54,129 bases of DNA from NCBI GenBank assembly GCA_038065355.1, contig JBBTRC010000012.1, positions 1 to 54,129 on the forward strand. Direction: 5' to 3'. Below the pieces are notes generated by a model. The model was not told the DNA's origin. It saw nothing but the letters and a program-made list of their open reading frames with translations, and searched no databases. The stretch comes from Patescibacteria group bacterium (lineage in GTDB: Bacteria; Patescibacteriota; Minisyncoccia; Phycocordibacterales; UBA918). This document shows positions 47,316 through 54,129 of this stretch, in pieces. Position numbers and translations under genes: made by a program. How positions within the stretch are numbered: the stretch's first letter is position 1; the number at the start of each line of letters is the position of its first letter.

Positions 47316-47999
47316 TTATTTTTGACTTTCAACTAGAACGACAAACTCACCCTTTTGCTTCACCGGCTCTGCCTGCAGAATCTGCGCGAGCTCGACTGCC
47401 GTGCCGGTCAGTAATTCTTCGTGAAGCTTCGTGAGCTCCCGAGCGAAGTAGATAGTCGCCTCTGGTACAGCCGCCCTGAGCGCGTCTAGGGTTTTCATGA
47501 TCCGATGCGTTGATTCAAAAAACACCACTGGTTGTGCGTGGGTGTGAAGATTTTTAAAAAAAGTCTCCCGTCCCTTTTTCTGCGGTACAAAGCCCAGAAA
47601 AGTAAATTGGTTGCCAGCGATACCCGCGAGTGCGACAGCGGAGGTCACAGCCGATGGGCCGGGTATTATTTCAATCCGCACGCCTGCTTCACGCACGCGC
47701 GTTACCAACAGCACCCCAGGATCGCTAATCCCGGGCGTTCCGGCGTCACTCACAAGCGCGACATGCTTCCCCGCGAGCACGTCCTCAATAATTTGTGTAT
47801 GTACGTGCTCGCTCGTGTGCGCGTCGTACCGTCGGAGTGGCTTCTTAATCTCATAGTGCACTAGGAGCTTCCCCGTCACTCGCGTGTCTTCACAGAGCAC
47901 ATAGTCACACTCCTTAAGCGTCCGCAAAGCCCGCAGTGTAATATCCTCCAAATTCCCGATGGGAGTCGCAACGAGTGAAAGTAGTCCGTAATTGGTCAT
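47316..47999 (-). CDS. rsmI: 16S rRNA (cytidine1402-2'-O)-methyltransferase
   Basis: VATPIGNLEDITLRA, CEDTR, VSDAGTPGISDPG, RELTKLHEE. Confidence 0.97.
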   Translation of the reverse strand: MTNYGLLSLVATPIGNLEDITLRALRTLKECDYVLCEDTRVTGKLLVHYEIKKPLRRYDAHTSEHVHTQIIEDVLAGKHVALVSDAGTPGISDPGVLLVTRVREAGVRIEIIPGPSAVTSAVALAGIAGNQFTFLGFVPQKKGRETFFKNLHTHAQPVVFFESTHRIMKTLDALRAAVPEATIYFARELTKLHEELLTGTAVELAQILQAEPVKQKGEFVVLVESQK

Positions 48000-48078
48000 A
48001 GTGCCCTTTACACTACCATTACATCCTAAAATGAAAAGCGTTGACCCTACTAGTCAGTGTTCGCCATGGCGAAAATCG

Positions 48079-49359
48079 TCACGCCGTCAACGCATCAGCT
48101 AATTTCGTGACGTCCCCCGCACCCATAATAATGAGCACGTCATTTTTGGTAATAGTCCGTCTTAGCTCATCGAGGGCGAGTGGGAGAGAGTCCAGATAGC
48201 GGGTATTCGGTGCGTATTCGAGCGCCGCGACCGCGAGCTCGCGGCTGTTTACGCCAGTCGTGTTCTGTTCACGAGCGGCATAAATCGGCAACAAAATCAC
48301 TTCGTCCGCCCTCGCAAACGATTTGGCAAAGTCCTTAAACAAAGCGACAGTACGAGTGTAGGTGTGCGGTTGAAAAACCGCTACAATGCGGCGATCGGGG
48401 TAGGCTTCACGCGTTGCTTCGAGGGTGGCTTTTATCGCGGTTGGGTGGTGTGCGTAATCGTCGTAGACTGGCGCTCCGTTGAGGTCGCCTTTGAACTCGA
48501 AGCGGCGCCAGGTACCGGCGTAGCTCTTGAGCGCCTCATCAATGGTGTCATTCGCAACCTTTTCGTGTTTTGCCACCGCTTTCGCGGCGGCGGCATTCTG
48601 GCGGTTGTGGAGACCTGGGTGCTTCAGCGGTAGCTCGAGATCAAGAAATTTTTTGTAGTCGATAATCGTACCGGTAAAATCTTTGAGTACTGGAAGTATA
48701 TTTCCGTGCGAAGCGTCGGTTACGACCACTCCGCCCTCATTTACCCGTCCTATCATTTCACGAAAGGCAGATTGCACCTGAGCGAGAGTTGGGTAGAAAT
48801 CAGTATGATCAAGTTCAATGTTGGTAATCACCAAAACATCTGGCGTAAGGTGCAAAAAATCTTTTTTGTACTCACAGGCTTCGACAACGGCGTATTTACT
48901 TTTACCCGCTCGGTAGTTGCTTTTTGTCTTCGATCGCAATGAGCCAATGACCGCCGTCGGATCTTTCTCGGCCGCTTCAAAAATATCGGTAATCATGGCG
49001 GTGGTGGTGGTCTTGCCGTGCGTACCCGAGACTGCAATCAGGTAGTACGGATTCATGGCGACGCTAAGCGCTTCAAAATAATTCATCATCGGTATATGCA
49101 GTGCTCTGGCCGCTTCCATTTCTGGATGATCTTTTGACATCGCTTCGGTGTATATCACAAGGTCGATATCTTTGGTGATATTTTCTGCTACCTGTTCACC
49201 AAAAATTTGAATTCTTTCTCGGCTCAGCTGTTTGGTGATTGGAGACAAGCTACGGTCGGAACCACTCACGATTTTTTTCTCCTGTTTCAAATGTCGAGCC
49301 AACGCCGACATCCCGATGCCGCCAACACCTATAAAATGAATTTTATGTATGCCTTCCAT
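48079..49359 (-). CDS. murC: UDP-N-acetylmuramate--L-alanine ligase
   Basis: HFIGVGGIGMS, GTHGKTTT, DDYAHHP, FQPH, IMGAG. Confidence 0.95.
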   Translation of the reverse strand: MEGIHKIHFIGVGGIGMSALARHLKQEKKIVSGSDRSLSPITKQLSRERIQIFGEQVAENITKDIDLVIYTEAMSKDHPEMEAARALHIPMMNYFEALSVAMNPYYLIAVSGTHGKTTTTAMITDIFEAAEKDPTAVIGSLRSKTKSNYRAGKSKYAVVEACEYKKDFLHLTPDVLVITNIELDHTDFYPTLAQVQSAFREMIGRVNEGGVVVTDASHGNILPVLKDFTGTIIDYKKFLDLELPLKHPGLHNRQNAAAAKAVAKHEKVANDTIDEALKSYAGTWRRFEFKGDLNGAPVYDDYAHHPTAIKATLEATREAYPDRRIVAVFQPHTYTRTVALFKDFAKSFARADEVILLPIYAAREQNTTGVNSRELAVAALEYAPNTRYLDSLPLALDELRRTITKNDVLIIMGAGDVTKLADALTA

Positions 49360-49840
49360 GTTTCCATTCATTATACAGTTTGATTTCTTTGTCTAATTTT
49401 TCTCGGCGCGGATTTGGAAGCGCGTGTAACGCAAACCAGCCGGCATCAATAATCTCTTGGTCGTCAATTATAAGAGCGTTATCTTCTGAAGAACCGACGA
49501 AAAAATGATTGGTTACTTCGGCTCCGTTGTTGTCAAATACTGTTTTAGTGACATACGTGAGCGAGTCTAGCTCGATGCCGGTTTCTTCTTTCGTTTCTCT
49601 GATAGCCGCCTGTTCGAGCGTTTCTTTTCCATCAACTGCTCCGCCTGGCAACACCCAACTTTTATGGCCATAACCGATCCTCACGAGTAAGAGCTTGTCA
49701 CCGTTGAAAATAAAACTTTTTACTCCCTCACCGCGTGGTTTCAGAACCGCATGATATAGTCGGATGAGTGGGTTATAGACGGTGTAGTATGCCTCTCTAA
49801 GATTTCGATAGAGGAACGATCGTGGTTTATGTTGCAGCAT
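49343..49840 (-). CDS. NUDIX hydrolase
   Basis: Canonical Nudix box LPGGAVDGKETLEQAAIRETKEETGI. Confidence 0.92.
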   Translation of the reverse strand: MLQHKPRSFLYRNLREAYYTVYNPLIRLYHAVLKPRGEGVKSFIFNGDKLLLVRIGYGHKSWVLPGGAVDGKETLEQAAIRETKEETGIELDSLTYVTKTVFDNNGAEVTNHFFVGSSEDNALIIDDQEIIDAGWFALHALPNPRREKLDKEIKLYNEWKHGRHT

Positions 49841-51182
49841 GCTGGTTGATTATTTTCACGAACGCATCATTGCGTTCGTACTCGTTTTTGAAAAGGCCAA
49901 ATGAAGCGAAGGCGGGGCTGAAGAGAAGCACGTCGCCGGGCTGGCCAAAGGCCAGCCCGGCTTTCACCGCTTCTTCCAAACTTCCGACTACTTCCGCCTC
50001 AATTTTTCCATTCAGGATATCGGTACCCGTTCCAGGCAACAACAGCACTTTCTTGCAGTAGTGTGGTATCTCCGCAATGAGCGGTGTCGGGTCAACATTC
50101 TTATAGGTGCCGCCAGCGATAAGTATGACATTTTTAGCGTCTTGGTCGCCAACTGCGCGCAAGCCCGCTATCGTCGCTTGTGGCGTGGTGGCATTGTTGT
50201 CATTGTAGATTTTAAGGCCGTCTCGCTCGCCAAGATATTCCAAGCGCCCAGGCACACCGGGAAAACTCGCAAGACCGGAGAAAATCTCATCATCCAAAAG
50301 CGAGACGGCCTTCAGCGCCTCGTAGGCCAGAGCAGCATTCAATCGATTGTGCTCTCCAGGCATGCTAAGAAGTGTGTCTTCGGGGATTTCCGAAGCGTCA
50401 ACCAAGACCACTTCCTGACCCAGTGTCACACCAGCTAATTTTTTAGCTCGTTCAAACACTTCTGGGGTGGTAATGAATACTCCGCTTTCATCTTGATACT
50501 TGAATATGTTTGCTTTGTCCGCAAAGTAACTATCCATCGCTTCAGTAACAGTGCGGTCGGTGGCGGTGTAGTAGTTGAGGTGATCTTCCATGAAATTGGT
50601 GAACACCGCCACCGCTGGCGAAATTGTTGACCAGCCAAAACCCTGGAGCTGCCACGAGTCGAGTTCCATGACGCAGAGCGAGTCGTCTTGTACTTGGTTG
50701 AGAAGCTGCAAGTTTGAGACCCCTCGTACATTCCCGCCGAGCAGAATGTCTGCTCCAGTCACTTCTTTAAGCACATGGTGAATCATGTGGGTCACGGTAC
50801 TTTTGCCGCGCGTGCCAGTCACGCCAATTATTGGCACTCGTGACAGTTCGGCAAACAACGCCGCGCTCTGCGTGAGTGGCACGCCCGCTTCGCGGGCGTG
50901 CGCTAGGTACGGAGACTCTATCGGAACGCCGGCCGCCACCAAAATAAAATCCCGGTCAACAAAATCTTCTTTTCGATGCTCTCCCAGTACAAAGCGGATA
51001 TTCGGATATTTTCTAAGTTGAGCAACCGACTCCTCAAGCTCTTCCTCAGTTTTGAGATCGGTTACAACGATGTCAGTGGCGCCAGCTTCGGCAATATACG
51101 CGGCGTCTCCAACACCGCGTCCCAGAAGCCCCAGTCCCATAACGGTTACCCGTTTCCCAGCAAAATAGTCTTTAAACGACAT
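49827..51182 (-). CDS. murD: UDP-N-acetylmuramoyl-L-alanine--D-glutamate ligase
   Basis: VMGLG, GVTGTRGKST, GGNV, ELDSWQL, DHLN, FSPAFASF..F....R. Confidence 0.95.
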   Translation of the reverse strand: MSFKDYFAGKRVTVMGLGLLGRGVGDAAYIAEAGATDIVVTDLKTEEELEESVAQLRKYPNIRFVLGEHRKEDFVDRDFILVAAGVPIESPYLAHAREAGVPLTQSAALFAELSRVPIIGVTGTRGKSTVTHMIHHVLKEVTGADILLGGNVRGVSNLQLLNQVQDDSLCVMELDSWQLQGFGWSTISPAVAVFTNFMEDHLNYYTATDRTVTEAMDSYFADKANIFKYQDESGVFITTPEVFERAKKLAGVTLGQEVVLVDASEIPEDTLLSMPGEHNRLNAALAYEALKAVSLLDDEIFSGLASFPGVPGRLEYLGERDGLKIYNDNNATTPQATIAGLRAVGDQDAKNVILIAGGTYKNVDPTPLIAEIPHYCKKVLLLPGTGTDILNGKIEAEVVGSLEEAVKAGLAFGQPGDVLLFSPAFASFGLFKNEYERNDAFVKIINQHAAT

Positions 51183-51242
51183 GCACACCATCATAGACAA
51201 AAAACCTCACCAAGGCCAGTCTACGGTGCTATACTTGCATAT

Positions 51243-51449
51243 ATGGTAGTCAGAAAAACCGACCGTAGCTTTGAGTCTTTAAAAATCTTCCCCTACGTCG
51301 CCTGGGCCATTACCATGCTCTTTGCGTTCTTTGTGTATCATATCGCGCTTGAACTTGAGGCGGTGACACGAGACCTACAAACGCAAACGCGAGCCCTAGA
51401 GGAAAAGGTGAACATGCCGGTAGGAGACATTGAAGATTTCTCACTTTAA
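51243..51449 (+). CDS. Small bitopic membrane protein with a coiled-coil tail
   Basis: Start reset to ATG 51243, 7 nt after TATACT; one TM segment followed by a heptad-like segment. Confidence 0.7.
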   Translation: MVVRKTDRSFESLKIFPYVAWAITMLFAFFVYHIALELEAVTRDLQTQTRALEEKVNMPVGDIEDFSL

Positions 51450-51455
51450 ACACAC

Positions 51456-51860
51456 ATGACGTTTGACCGACTGGGTAGGCTGTCGAAGCGATTTATAAAA
51501 TATACAACAGTCGGTACTGGTACCTACCTGTTTGATGTCTTTCTCATTTATCTTTTTAGAACCTTTGGTCACCTCCCAGACGGTACAGCGGTGGCGCTTG
51601 GCTTTATCATTGCTGTCAGTGTAAATTTTCTCTTTAGCTACTTCTGGGTGTTCCAGGGCACCAGACGAACAAAACTTTTGGGCTACGCGTATTTTGTTGG
51701 GCTCGCGACCATTGGCCTTTTTATTATTGTGAACGGCACGCTCTACCTTCATCAAAACCTCAATCTCAATCTGTACTTGGCTCGAACGATTATCGCTGGT
51801 CTAGTGGGCACTATGAACTTTCTTATCAATACCTTTTTCAATTTTAAAATGACGCATTAA
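51456..51860 (+). CDS. GtrA family membrane protein
   Basis: RFIKYTTVG...; four TM segments; VNF..SYFWVF, NF.IN..FNF. Confidence 0.88.
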   Translation: MTFDRLGRLSKRFIKYTTVGTGTYLFDVFLIYLFRTFGHLPDGTAVALGFIIAVSVNFLFSYFWVFQGTRRTKLLGYAYFVGLATIGLFIIVNGTLYLHQNLNLNLYLARTIIAGLVGTMNFLINTFFNFKMTH

Positions 51861-51946
51861 AAATCCCACTTCGCTGTTATGTAATTTGTCCGTGCGCCAG
51901 TATTGAAAGAAGCAAGTAACTATTCAATAGGGGTGCTCTAGGGTTC

Positions 51947-52042
51947 GACCTAATTTTCAAGGAGCCAGCGACTGTGAAAATGGAAGTGCCCTTGTGGTGT
52001 TACGTCCCAATTTCGCCCTCCCGTAGGCGAAATTGCTGGACG
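51947..52042. repeat. Dispersed hairpin repeat, copy 2 (modules A and B)
   Basis: gacctaattttc...gaaaatggaagtgcccttgtggtg then cgtcccaatttcgcc...ggcgaaattgctggacg. Confidence 0.85.
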
Positions 52043-52058
52043 AAAGAATGCTCTACCA

Positions 52059-52140
52059 ACCCTATCGCCTCATAAATATCGGCGATTCGCTTCGCGATCG
52101 GGAAAAATTTGAAGCAGTTCAAATTTTTCAGCTCGCACGG
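52059..52140. repeat. Hairpin module C, copy 1 (second copy at 52398-52485)
   Basis: accct...cgggaaaaatttgaagc(a/g)gttcaaatttttcagc(t/c)cgcacgg shared by both copies. Confidence 0.85.
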
Positions 52141-52156
52141 CACAGTTAAACCCTCT

Positions 52157-52194
52157 GTCCGTGCTCTAGGGTTCGAACCTAGGACCTTTCGAGT
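52157..52194 (-). repeat. Exact 38-bp duplicate of the 3' half of tRNA-Ile (att-like)
   Basis: Identical to 52256-52293. Confidence 0.92.
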
Positions 52195-52256
52195 GAGAAG
52201 TGACTCAATGTCACTTCGCAAGACTTTACTAGATATTTTGCAATTTGCGCGATTCG

Positions 52257-52329
52257 TCCGTGCTCTAGGGTTCGAACCTAGGACCTTTCGAGTATCAGTC
52301 GAATGCTCTACCAGCTGAGCTAAGCACGG
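52257..52329 (-). tRNA. tRNA-Ile(GAT), 73 nt, CCA not encoded
   Basis: Cloverleaf: acceptor ccgtgct/agcacgg, D arm gctc/gagc, anticodon stem ttcga/tcgaa with loop CT-GAT-AC, T arm ctagg-TTCGAAC-cctag. Confidence 0.95.
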
Positions 52330-52348
52330 ACGAATTAAACAAACAAAA

Positions 52349-52490
52349 TATCAGTAAAGTGGACAGCTCCTGTTAAGGAGTCAGTCGAATGCTACCAACC
52401 CTCAGCCTTGTTCGTAAACTCACAACAGCTGCCGCTACGCGGACGGGAAAAATTTGAAGCGGTTCAAATTTTTCAGCCCGCACGGACGAA
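52349..52490 (-). pseudogene. Fragmented copy of the 5' half of tRNA-Ile with two inserts
   Basis: tatcagt [25-nt insert] tcagtcgaatgctacca [module C] gcccgcacggacgaa. Confidence 0.75.
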
Positions 52491-52544
52491 GAATGTCGCA
52501 AGTGACGAGCACTATAGCAAATTTTTTTTGGAAATGTAAGAGGC

Positions 52545-52577
52545 AAAAAATAAGCCGGCAAGGTAATACTTGCCGGC
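52545..52577 (-). terminator. Intrinsic terminator of the 52588-52842 gene
   Basis: gccggcaag / cttgccggc stem with a T-run on the minus strand. Confidence 0.7.
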
Positions 52578-52587
52578 CGGAATAAAG

Positions 52588-52842
52588 TCATTTTGGTTCG
52601 AATCGAGCCTTGAGCTCTTCGTACGTCATGCCGGGCGAAACCTTGATCGGTCGGTACCTCCCTTCCGGAAGGAATTCGCAAGGCTTAAGTTCGCCACCGA
52701 CCCTGATCTCTGCAATGCATAGATTGAGGTCGGCATCAACGTACACGATTGGCGTCGTCAGCCAACCGATAATCGCTACGGCGGCCATCAAAAACAGCAG
52801 CCCTAACGTCGCGCAGTTAATTTTTGTATTGGTAGTCATCAA
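52588..52842 (-). CDS. Small single-TM hypothetical protein
   Basis: TM segment plus a Cys pair; promoter TTGACA-17-TATTGT (52887-52915) and a downstream terminator. Confidence 0.7.
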   Translation of the reverse strand: MMTTNTKINCATLGLLFLMAAVAIIGWLTTPIVYVDADLNLCIAEIRVGGELKPCEFLPEGRYRPIKVSPGMTYEELKARFEPK

Positions 52843-52963
52843 ACACCCTTTCTGTGCTCAGGACTACCCCACCGCCACCGCTGTAGACAATAGCATTATT
52901 TTAATAATATGTCAAGAATGGATACGGGGCTTTTCGTGCGGGCGGGTGCGATATAATTTTTGT

Positions 52964-53332
52964 ATGCGCCTTAGACATACAGTGGCACTCTTTGCCCTCT
53001 TATTGCCGAACGTGATATTTGCCCAAGCTTCACTGCAAGCGTTTGCGGTGAACATTGTGCTCTTTATCAACAACGTCGTAATCTACTTCCTGCTTGGACT
53101 GGCGTTTCTGATGTTTGTCATCAACGCTATCCGTTATTTTGTGCTGGGAAGTACAAGCGAAGAAGGGCGGGAGAAGGCGAAAAATCTTGCCCTCTATAGC
53201 ATCATCGCATTCGTGATTATTATTATTTTCTGGGGGATTGTGAATTTGTTTGTGGTCACGCTTGGTCTCGACACATCGGCTCCCCCGTTTGATTTTTGCA
53301 CGCAATTTGGTGCTCCGGGCACGTGTATTTAG
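52964..53332 (+). CDS. Pilin-like membrane protein (TrbC/VirB2-like CPR family)
   Basis: Signal peptide ending P.VIFAQ, two TM segments flanking EEGREKAKNLALYSII, IFWGIVNL; TATAAT 6 nt before the ATG. Confidence 0.7.
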   Translation: MRLRHTVALFALLLPNVIFAQASLQAFAVNIVLFINNVVIYFLLGLAFLMFVINAIRYFVLGSTSEEGREKAKNLALYSIIAFVIIIIFWGIVNLFVVTLGLDTSAPPFDFCTQFGAPGTCI

Positions 53333-53354
53333 AATTAGAAATTTAGCGCACAAA

Positions 53355-53452
53355 AACAGCCGCCAGATTTTCTTGCGACCTAATTTTTAGGAAGCGTCAG
53401 AGCGCGACCATAAAAATGGAAGTGCCCTTGTGGTGAAAATCTGGCGGCTGTT
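53355..53452. repeat. 18-bp perfect inverted repeat with module A (copy 3, 53377-53435) in its loop
   Basis: aacagccgccagattttc ... gaaaatctggcggctgtt enclosing gacctaatttt...aaaatggaagtgcccttgtggtg. Confidence 0.85.
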
Positions 53453-53462
53453 CGTAGGAGTT

Positions 53463-53587
53463 CTTTATGAGCAAAAATTGTTTCAAGACTAGGCGCTGGA
53501 GGAAAATAATTCGAGCGGGACAGAAGTCCAGTGAGAATTATTTTACCGAACAGCAACGCAGTATTGGGGCAATTTTTGCTCATAAAG
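53463..53587. repeat. 125-bp rod-like palindromic (MITE/REP-like) element
   Basis: Perfect 18-bp terminal inverted repeat ctttatgagcaaaaattg / caatttttgctcataaag and inner inverted repeat aaaataattc / gaattatttt. Confidence 0.8.
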
Positions 53588-53754
53588 TCATATGCTCTTT
53601 TGTCTTATCCTTTGGTCCTGGTCTTTCCCAAGCGTCTGATACCAGTTTCGAGAATTGAGTATCATGTCTCGTTATGTGCTCAATTGAGGCACATAACACC
53701 GACCAATTAGCCGTTATTCGCTCTTCAGTTACCTGAATTGCAACGACGTGTCCA

Positions 53755-54129
53755 ATTGGAATTAATCCACGACCAGCTTCCGCTAGCCGTGCCTTGTTAC
53801 GACTTAGTCCTTGTTATCGAATTTACCGTAGGACCACACGGGGTGGTACTTCGGGCACTTCCGACTCCCCTGACTTGACGGGCGGTGAGTACAAGGCTCG
53901 GGAACGTATTCACCGTGACGTGCTGATTCACGATTACTAGCGATTCCGGCTTCATGTGGGCGAGTTGCAGCCCACAATCCGAACTGAGAGTAGTTTTCTA
54001 AGGATTTGCTCCACCTTACGGTATTGCGTCCTGTTGTGCTACCCATTGTATCACGAGTGCAGCCCGAGGCATCTAGGGACATGCTGACCTGGCGTCATCC
54101 TCACCTTCCTCTCCCGTGAGGGAGCAGTC
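53755..54129 (-). rRNA. rrs: 16S rRNA, 3' portion (gene continues beyond the window)
   Basis: Reverse complements of universal motifs: gacgggcggtgagtacaagg, ccttgttacgactt, cgattactagcgattcc, gtcatcctcaccttcctc; helix 45 with GGAA loop; 3' end approximate. Confidence 0.97.

Larger units (their letters stand above)
51888..52140 (-). pseudogene. Fragmented tRNA-Ile copy interrupted by hairpin modules
   Basis: Collinear tRNA pieces at 51888-51895, 51933-51948, 52046-52058 and 52131-52140, separated by inverted-repeat inserts. Confidence 0.75.

Noticed and set aside
51243-51449. FtsL/FtsB assignment
   Set aside because: The topology is compatible, but there is no diagnostic motif or dcw-cluster synteny.
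52157-52329. Intact prophage or genomic island at the tRNA att site
   Set aside because: Only 61 bp separate the duplicate from the tRNA, and no integrase was seen.
51888-52490. CRISPR array
   Set aside because: Repeats are irregular in length and spacing and derive from tRNA; no cas genes are in the window.
52000-52681. Short ORFs across the tRNA region, and the ORF at 53804-54082
   Set aside because: They overlap tRNA, repeat or 16S sequence; spurious translations.
53755-54129. Intron in the 16S gene
   Set aside because: The visible 3' segment is collinear with conserved 16S motifs; the rest of the gene is outside the window.

Overview
Chromosomal segment of a Patescibacteria (CPR, Parcubacteria-like) bacterium, inferred from the divergent 16S rRNA 3' end and CPR-typical gene families; standard genetic code 11. 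Most genes are on the minus strand. It contains housekeeping genes (gatB, obgE, secA, murB, murC, murD, rsmI), surface proteins, and a ~29 kb surface-glycan locus (11683-40413). That locus holds 7 GT4 glycosyltransferases, 7 SAM methyltransferases, gmd, an AsnB-like amidotransferase, a flippase and an O-antigen ligase/TPR protein. The window also has a VirD4/TrwB-like ATPase, tRNA-Ile(GAT) and the 3' end of a 16S rRNA gene with no 23S following. The most unusual signals are non-coding. (1) tRNA-Ile is surrounded by three fragmented copies of itself, interrupted by short hairpin modules. Some modules have target-site-like duplications and recur elsewhere in the window with compensatory changes. 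(2) The 16S tail lacks the anti-Shine-Dalgarno CCUCC, and about 15 genes have a -10 box only 6-10 nt before the start codon. A few stand-alone accessory genes instead carry strong SD motifs, most of them with full promoters and terminators. An unannotated 39-aa histone-H1-like ORF was also found. Functional calls come from motif recognition only; no database searches were run.
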